Assembly: GCA_964443565.1 (NCBI GenBank) | Contig: CAYUCT010000002.1 | Location: forward strand, 2,036-66,035 | Length of the DNA stretch: 64,000 nucleotides | Direction of reading: 5' to 3' | Source of the DNA: Candidatus Woesearchaeota archaeon | GTDB lineage: Archaea; Nanobdellota; Nanobdellia; Pacearchaeales; UBA284 | Shown: positions 58,103 through 64,000 of the stretch, in pieces | Layout: each line of letters begins with the position of its first letter | Numbering within the stretch: the first letter of the stretch is position 1 | Made by a program: the position numbers and the translations under genes | Notes under the pieces: generated by a model | Database searches by the model: none | Told to the model about the DNA's origin: nothing | Seen by the model: only the letters and a program-made list of their open reading frames with translations

Positions 58103-58906
58103 ATGGTTGATGATTATAAATTTAAGGAATTATATGAAGAATTAGGTAAGCGGGTAAGTTTAAAAAAAATAAAAAAATCAATTATCTCATCAAAAAAAGG
58201 GGTTTTGAAAAATAAAAGTTTTTATTTTTATTTTTTGAAAAAAACAATTAAAATAAATTCGAAAGATAAGATTTTGGATGTTGGTTGTGGTTTAGGTGGT
58301 CCGATGTATTACCTTGGAATAAAAAAATATATTGGAATAGATATTTCTTCTTCTTTTTTAAAGATTGCACATAAACTATTTAAAAAACCAAAATTCATAG
58401 AAATGGATGTGACACGGGGATTGAAATTTGATTCTAATTATTTTGATTATATCTTTTGCTTCGAAACCATTGAACATATTCCAAAAGAAAAAATACCTTT
58501 TTTTCTTGATGAGTTGCACAGGGTATTAAAAAAAAATGGAAAAATTATAATTACAACCCCAAATAAATTAAAATGGATATATTTCCCATTTTACTATTTA
58601 ATCCCTCAATTCTATAGACCAAAAATATTAAATTTATTTAAGTTAATTTCAGATGAAGATTACAAAGATTATAAGGATGACATGGAGTTAGAAAAAAAAA
58701 TTGGAATAAATGAACATGTTAATATGTATTCTTCAAAACGATTAATATGTGAATTAAAAAAACAAAAGTTTAAGATAATCCTTAAAAAAGGATTTGGAAC
58801 TATTTTAGATTATAAATATATCCAAAATATTTTTCCCAAAAAAATTATAAATTTAATAAAAAGAATATTTCCTAAGGATCGAATTCTTATTATTGCAATA
58901 AAATGA
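58103..58906 (+). CDS. Class I SAM-dependent methyltransferase
   Basis: ILDVGCGLG, GIDIS, FD..ETIEH, RVLKKNG..TTPN. Confidence 0.9.
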   Translation: MVDDYKFKELYEELGKRVSLKKIKKSIISSKKGVLKNKSFYFYFLKKTIKINSKDKILDVGCGLGGPMYYLGIKKYIGIDISSSFLKIAHKLFKKPKFIEMDVTRGLKFDSNYFDYIFCFETIEHIPKEKIPFFLDELHRVLKKNGKIIITTPNKLKWIYFPFYYLIPQFYRPKILNLFKLISDEDYKDYKDDMELEKKIGINEHVNMYSSKRLICELKKQKFKIILKKGFGTILDYKYIQNIFPKKIINLIKRIFPKDRILIIAIK

Positions 58907-59844
58907 AAATTTCAATGATTTCAACCGTAAAAAATGAAGAAAAAAATATTAATAAGTTCATTCTTTCAATAATAAATCAAACAAGAAAACCTGAAGAATT
59001 AATTATTGTTGATGGGGGTTCAAAAGATAAAACATGCGAAATTCTTAAAGAATATTCAAAAAAATATTCTTGGATAAAAGTTTATCAATTAATCGGAGCA
59101 AATATTGCTAAAGGAAGAAATTTTGCAATTGAAAAAAGTAAAGGAGATATAATTTTTACAAGTGATTGCAGCACAATATTTGAAAAAAATTGGGTAAAAA
59201 AAATTTCAAATGCATTTAATGAAAATGTGGATATTGCTTTTGGAAAATATTTTGTGAAACCTAAAAATCTTATAGAAAAATTTCTTATTTCTAGGTTACC
59301 TAATTGGGATAAAATCAACCCAAATTTATTCTTACCTTCAAATAGACATACTGCATTTAGAAAGAATGTTTGGAAGAAAGTTGGGGGTTTCCCAGAACAT
59401 ATAAAACGAGCAGACGATAATTGGTTTCATGAAAAAGCGCATAAATCTAATTTTAAATATAAATTCATAAAAAATGCAAGAGTCGAATGGCTTCTTGATA
59501 GAACACTTAAAACAACGTTAAAATTAGCGTTTTTAGATTCAAAAACAGAAGGATTTACTTTTATGTTTACAAAAAGAAAAGTTTACTGGGCAGAATTATT
59601 CCTACTTGCGATTGGACTTGCTTTAATCTTCTTAGGGATTTTTGTTAATATTCAAATTTTATTGTGGGTTCTTGTAATGGGATTAGTTTTCTTAATATTA
59701 TTTGGTGGTTTAAGAACATACCTTAAAACAAAAAGTATTAAGATTGGATTTATTGGATTAATTTTAACACCCCTATTATATCTCGCACATGTTTTTGGAG
59801 TAATTACTGGAATGATAGAAAGAATTTATAGGAGAAAAGAATAA
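58903..59844 (+). CDS. Glycosyltransferase family 2 with C-terminal TMs
   Basis: NEE, IIVDGGSKD, GRN, SDC, VGGFP..ADD. Confidence 0.9.
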   Translation: MKISMISTVKNEEKNINKFILSIINQTRKPEELIIVDGGSKDKTCEILKEYSKKYSWIKVYQLIGANIAKGRNFAIEKSKGDIIFTSDCSTIFEKNWVKKISNAFNENVDIAFGKYFVKPKNLIEKFLISRLPNWDKINPNLFLPSNRHTAFRKNVWKKVGGFPEHIKRADDNWFHEKAHKSNFKYKFIKNARVEWLLDRTLKTTLKLAFLDSKTEGFTFMFTKRKVYWAELFLLAIGLALIFLGIFVNIQILLWVLVMGLVFLILFGGLRTYLKTKSIKIGFIGLILTPLLYLAHVFGVITGMIERIYRRKE

Positions 59845-59845
59845 T

Positions 59846-61192
59846 TTATTTAAATCTTTTTTTATGCAATTTAAAAACCCCATATCCCAAATAAGCTTTT
59901 AGTTTATATAACCACATTCTCCCAAATGGCTTATCAAACAACTCCCGAATAATATTTTTAAGATATTTTATGGAATAAGCGTTATCATGAGCAATATGCC
60001 AAAACCCCACTAATTTTTTGGGGGGAATATTACAAATAGAAATAGGATTTGCCGCTCTTAAATCGCTTTCAATACCCCGCAACCAATATTTCTCTTTAAA
60101 TTTTTGCGGTAGTTCATTCCATACTTTACTCCCAGGATATGGAGAGAATACAAAAAATCTTGGAAAATCGGAGTTTATTTCTTTTGCAAAAAATATTGTT
60201 TTTTTAATTGTTTCTTCATTATCAATTCTATGACCAATTATAAAATAAGATTCTACATTAATTTTAAAATGGTGAATTAATTTTACTCCTTCTCTCACCT
60301 GATTTAAATTTAAAGATTTTCCAATCCAATTTACAATTTTTTGATCTCCACTTTCTACTCCTATTGCAATAGTATGACATCCTGCTTTTTTCATCCAATA
60401 AATCATCTCTTTATCTATTCTATCTACCCGGCATAAACATTTAAATGGGAGGTTAATTTTTCTTTTTATTTTTTCATTACAAAAATTGATTATCCATTTC
60501 TTATTAAATGCAAATAAATCATCAATAAAATATATCTCCTTACCACCCAAATTTTTTATTTGCTCACATTCTTTTAAAACATTCTCTACTGTTCTTTGCC
60601 TATAATTTACACCAAATGTATCTTTAAAACAAAAATTACATTGGTAAGGACATCCTCTAGAGGAAATAAGTATATGCACTGGTTTTTTTAGGTGATTTGA
60701 ATCAAATTTCCATCCCTTTTCTTGGTATGCCGATCGATCTGGTAAAGGAATATTATTAATATTTTTAATTAAACTTTTCATAGGGATTATTTTATTTTTT
60801 ATTTTTCCTTTTAAAAAAAGTTTAAATGTTTCTTCTGATTCTTTTATAAAAAGATGATCAATTTGTTTACATTCTTTAATAACCTCTTCTGCTCCCAAAG
60901 AAGAAACATGGGGGCCACCAACCAAAATAATGCACCCAAATTTTTTAGCAATTTTAATTAATTTATACGCATTAAAAACTTGAGTGGTAAACAAAGTGAA
61001 TGCACAATATTTTGGATTTTCTTTTTTAAGAATTTTAAGGAATAAATCTTCAGAAAAATAACTCATAGCATTAGGAGATATAATTGTTGTTGTAAAACCT
61101 TCTTTTTTTGCAACACTTGACAGGTAAGCAATACTTAGAGAAGGGTACATTGGTTCTCCGCCCCATACATCTACAAAAAGAATATCTGCCAT
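59846..61192 (-). CDS. Cobalamin-binding radical SAM enzyme (class B methyltransferase-like); start revised to 61192
   Basis: B12-domain PSLSIAYL..GGPH; SRGCPYQCNFC; FIDD, GVESG, FIIG, PYPGS. Confidence 0.9.
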   Translation of the reverse strand: MADILFVDVWGGEPMYPSLSIAYLSSVAKKEGFTTTIISPNAMSYFSEDLFLKILKKENPKYCAFTLFTTQVFNAYKLIKIAKKFGCIILVGGPHVSSLGAEEVIKECKQIDHLFIKESEETFKLFLKGKIKNKIIPMKSLIKNINNIPLPDRSAYQEKGWKFDSNHLKKPVHILISSRGCPYQCNFCFKDTFGVNYRQRTVENVLKECEQIKNLGGKEIYFIDDLFAFNKKWIINFCNEKIKRKINLPFKCLCRVDRIDKEMIYWMKKAGCHTIAIGVESGDQKIVNWIGKSLNLNQVREGVKLIHHFKINVESYFIIGHRIDNEETIKKTIFFAKEINSDFPRFFVFSPYPGSKVWNELPQKFKEKYWLRGIESDLRAANPISICNIPPKKLVGFWHIAHDNAYSIKYLKNIIRELFDKPFGRMWLYKLKAYLGYGVFKLHKKRFK

Positions 61193-61243
61193 AATAAATG
61201 AAATGAACAAAGGATTAATAAATATTGTTATGATTATGATTTT

Positions 61244-62107
61244 ATGAAAATTTTAATATTTTTAAGAGAATTAGAAGGGGGGGTAAATGTAGTTATCGGG
61301 GGCATTTCTAAAGAATTTAGAAAAAAAGGACATATTGTTAATATTCTTTCTAGAAGAGACGACTTACAAATTAATTCAACATTTTCATCTTTATTTAAAA
61401 TAAGAAGATATCTTTGGGAAGAAGTAAAAAGAGAAAACTATGATGTTATCTACACCCAAGATTGGAGTTGCGCATTGCCCCTATTATTTCCTTATAAAAT
61501 TTTCAAAAATAAGCATTATTGTTGTTTTCATGGAAATCAGAACAATTTGGCTGGTTTTTTTCAAGAGTTCGTTGGAAGAATCTTGGGAAAAAATTTAATT
61601 GTTGTTGGAGATGCTTTAAAAGAAAGGTTTCCAAAATCAAATATCGTTTATAATGGGGTGGATATGAATCAATTTAAGCCATTACAAAAAAGGAGAAATT
61701 GTTTGGGGTGGATAGAAAAGCAAACCGAAATTCTAAAAGAAAAAGACATAATCAATTTGGCTCATGAATTAAAATTGAAACCATTAATTGCAAAGAAATA
61801 TTCTATTCCTTTTAAAGATATGAATAAAAAATTTTATAATAGGTGCAAAATCTTTGTAAGTCTTCCCCCCCGATTAGCAGGATTTAATTTATGTTGGATT
61901 GAGGCAATGGCTGCCGGGGTTCCAATAATTGTTGGTAATGATGAAGGGGTTGGGATAAAACTTCCAATAAATAAGATTAAAGATGCTAAAAAACTTGAAG
62001 AACTAATTAAAAAATCCAGAGAAAAAGATTATAGGTCCGAGTTATTAAATACCCATTTTACATGGGAAGAGAATGTAAATCAATTATTGAGGATTTGGAC
62101 AAAATGA
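61244..62107 (+). CDS. Glycosyltransferase family 4
   Basis: GG N-terminus, FHG, YNGVD..F, GFNLCWIEAMAAGVPII, FTW. Confidence 0.87.
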   Translation: MKILIFLRELEGGVNVVIGGISKEFRKKGHIVNILSRRDDLQINSTFSSLFKIRRYLWEEVKRENYDVIYTQDWSCALPLLFPYKIFKNKHYCCFHGNQNNLAGFFQEFVGRILGKNLIVVGDALKERFPKSNIVYNGVDMNQFKPLQKRRNCLGWIEKQTEILKEKDIINLAHELKLKPLIAKKYSIPFKDMNKKFYNRCKIFVSLPPRLAGFNLCWIEAMAAGVPIIVGNDEGVGIKLPINKIKDAKKLEELIKKSREKDYRSELLNTHFTWEENVNQLLRIWTK

Positions 62108-62212
62108 AAAATTATAACTTACAAAAAAAGGGTTGCGCTATGCAAAATATATGGATGTAAAAAATATTAGAGTATTAAAAAGTTTTAAAAGAATGCTTTA
62201 TTTTATTATAAA

Positions 62213-62992
62213 ATGATAGAAACATTAAGATGGATAATAAAAGATTTTGATTTAATATCTTCATTTAAGATTCTTTATTATTACATTAAAAAGAAAATAA
62301 ATAAGACTTCTCCATTAAAGGAATTTGATGTTAATTTCATTTTTAATAAGGAGAAACTCAAATTTACAATAAGAAAGAATAATGATGATTTTGCAATTTT
62401 AAGAGAGATATTCTTATTTGAAGCATATAAGAGCCCAAATCTAACTTTTAAGCCAGAAGTTATATTTGATTTAGGTTCTCATATCGGCGCGTCAGCAATT
62501 TATCTTGGGAAAAAGTTCAAAAATTCAAAAATATATTGTTTTGAGCCAGATGAAAATTCTAGAAAATTACTAGAGAAAAATTTGAAAAACAATAACATAA
62601 ATTATAAACTATTTCCATATGCGGTTTCTGGTTCTAATAAAATTATGAGATTTAACTCCAATAAAGATAACCCTGCCTTTTCAAAAATTGATATTCGAGG
62701 AAATGTGGAAATTCAAGCAATAAATATCAATAGAATATTAAAAGAAGAAAAAATAAAGAACATTGATATATTAAAAGTAGATATAGAAGGGGAAGAGGTA
62801 AAAGTTTTACCAACTATAAAAAATAAAGTAAGATTATTAATGTGTGAAAATCATATGAATAAGTATAGTTCTAAGGAGATGAAAAAAATAATAAAAGATA
62901 TGAATATGTTTTTAATTAAGCCCATGGATCATTGGAAAATATTAAATAAATCAGAAGAATACCCTATTTGGATAGCCCTAAATAAGAAATAA
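62213..62992 (+). CDS. FkbM-family methyltransferase
   Basis: DLGSHIG, FEP, AVS, LKVDIEGEE, ENH. Confidence 0.9.
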   Translation: MIETLRWIIKDFDLISSFKILYYYIKKKINKTSPLKEFDVNFIFNKEKLKFTIRKNNDDFAILREIFLFEAYKSPNLTFKPEVIFDLGSHIGASAIYLGKKFKNSKIYCFEPDENSRKLLEKNLKNNNINYKLFPYAVSGSNKIMRFNSNKDNPAFSKIDIRGNVEIQAININRILKEEKIKNIDILKVDIEGEEVKVLPTIKNKVRLLMCENHMNKYSSKEMKKIIKDMNMFLIKPMDHWKILNKSEEYPIWIALNKK

Positions 62993-63314
62993 TTATTTGG
63001 CCCTTTTCGGATAGTAAAATACTTCTCAGGCATCTTTAGGATAGAGCTCGGTCACTTAAAGTAATCGTTTTAGATAGATCTATTGTAACGAAAGATACTC
63101 TAATATTGGTTATTTGCATTTTCCAAGTGTTAAAGATGGTGTGAATATAATTAAATCAATTTTGAAGTTTTAGAGATTATTTTTTTACCGGACCATTATA
63201 CTATTCCATTATTGCTCAAAAAATAAAATTCTTTTTTGTAAAAAATTTTCCCTAGATTTTTTGTATAGCCTATCCTCTTTAAAGTTAAAAATAAAAAAAA
63301 AGTTTTGTGAATTT

Positions 63315-63977
63315 TTATTTGGGATTTATAGTAAAAATCCAAAAACTCAAGAAATAAATTATTATTGCAAATAAAACCATAATTATCGTTAAAAACAATC
63401 CCGGATTAAATATCCCATTAAAGATAAATAAAAATATAAGCATAATTATAGATGAAAAAATTGGAATAAGGATATTTCTTTTCTGGATAAATAACCCTGT
63501 TTCTTTTTTAGAAATTTTTGATAAAATAAATAAATTCAAATATCTCGTTAAAAATGTTGCAAATGCAACTCCAACCAATGCCCATTGTTGACCATATCTT
63601 AATGCAATTAAAATGAATAGATAATTCAAAATTATATTTAAAATTGTTGCAAAAATTAAAACAATTGCTGGCCATTTTAATTTTTCTTTTGCGCTTAATA
63701 AGGAGTTATATATTCCAGTAAAAACAGATTCAATAACTAACAAAGATAATAATACTGATGAAATAGTTATGGGTAAAATATATTCTAATGGCACATATTC
63801 TAAACCATAAATAAACCTAATTAGTGGAATTATAATGAAGGATAATCCAACCCCGGCAGGTATTGCAAGCATGGCGGAGTATTTTATTATTTTATTAAAT
63901 CCGCGAATTAATCTTTCTTTTTTTATTTCTGTAAAAATAGGAATAAATAATCCAACAAAAGAGACAAATGGAATCAC
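63315..63977 (-). CDS. Polysaccharide flippase (Wzx-like), C-terminal part; 5'-truncated by the window edge
   Basis: P..LIRFIYGLEY, ILNIILNYLFI, GVAFAT; frame is open to the window end. Confidence 0.82.
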   Translation of the reverse strand: MIPFVSFVGLFIPIFTEIKKERLIRGFNKIIKYSAMLAIPAGVGLSFIIIPLIRFIYGLEYVPLEYILPITISSVLLSLLVIESVFTGIYNSLLSAKEKLKWPAIVLIFATILNIILNYLFILIALRYGQQWALVGVAFATFLTRYLNLFILSKISKKETGLFIQKRNILIPIFSSIIMLIFLFIFNGIFNPGLFLTIIMVLFAIIIYFLSFWIFTINPK

Positions 63978-64000
63978 GGCACTTACTAAAGATAATAAAA

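Noticed and set aside
813..60233. Many short antisense or alternate-frame ORFs in the track (e.g. 2588-2911, 3024-3359, 29427-29690, 32715-33248, 39182-39499)
   Set aside because: Shadows of well-supported genes, with Phe/Ile/Leu-rich low-complexity translations typical of antisense AT-rich DNA
1..64000. Alternative genetic code or stop-codon readthrough
   Set aside because: Conserved genes are full length under the standard archaeal code, and TAA, TAG and TGA all serve as stops

Overview
AT-rich window from a small-genome archaeon, most consistent with DPANN (Pacearchaeota/Woesearchaeota-like). This placement is inferred from the fused PriS-PriL primase, archaeal ribosomal proteins, short Dph2, R15P isomerase and AglB. 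Four blocks are visible. (1) 1.1-17.5 kb: large secreted/surface proteins, namely two paralogous alpha/alpha-toroid-like membrane-anchored proteins with Cys-rich repeats, a lamin-tail protein, a beta-barrel-like protein ending in Phe, a 1759-aa Ig-repeat protein with an exact 250-bp internal duplication, and a CARDB/HFS-motif anchored protein. (2) 17.5-33 kb: housekeeping genes (AmrS, ProRS, Bud32, EndoQ, RbgA-like GTPase, Dph2, SepF, prefoldin, RpoP, r-proteins), four tRNAs and a small accessory islet. (3) 33.5-47.5 kb: the S10-spc r-protein superoperon, in which rpl18 and rpl29+SUI1 have swapped places and begin with an identical 22-bp sequence. (4) 48.6-64 kb: an N-glycosylation locus (AglB, AglH-like GPT, WecB, flippases, glycosyltransferases, five methyltransferase-type enzymes). 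I found no rRNA, CRISPR array, integrase or transposase. The best leads are the operon swap, the archaeal beta-barrel-like protein within a putative host-attachment cluster, a 96-nt four-way-junction element 3' of tRNA-Pro, and a tRNA pair separated by a single nucleotide. All calls come from reading motifs by eye; no searches were run.
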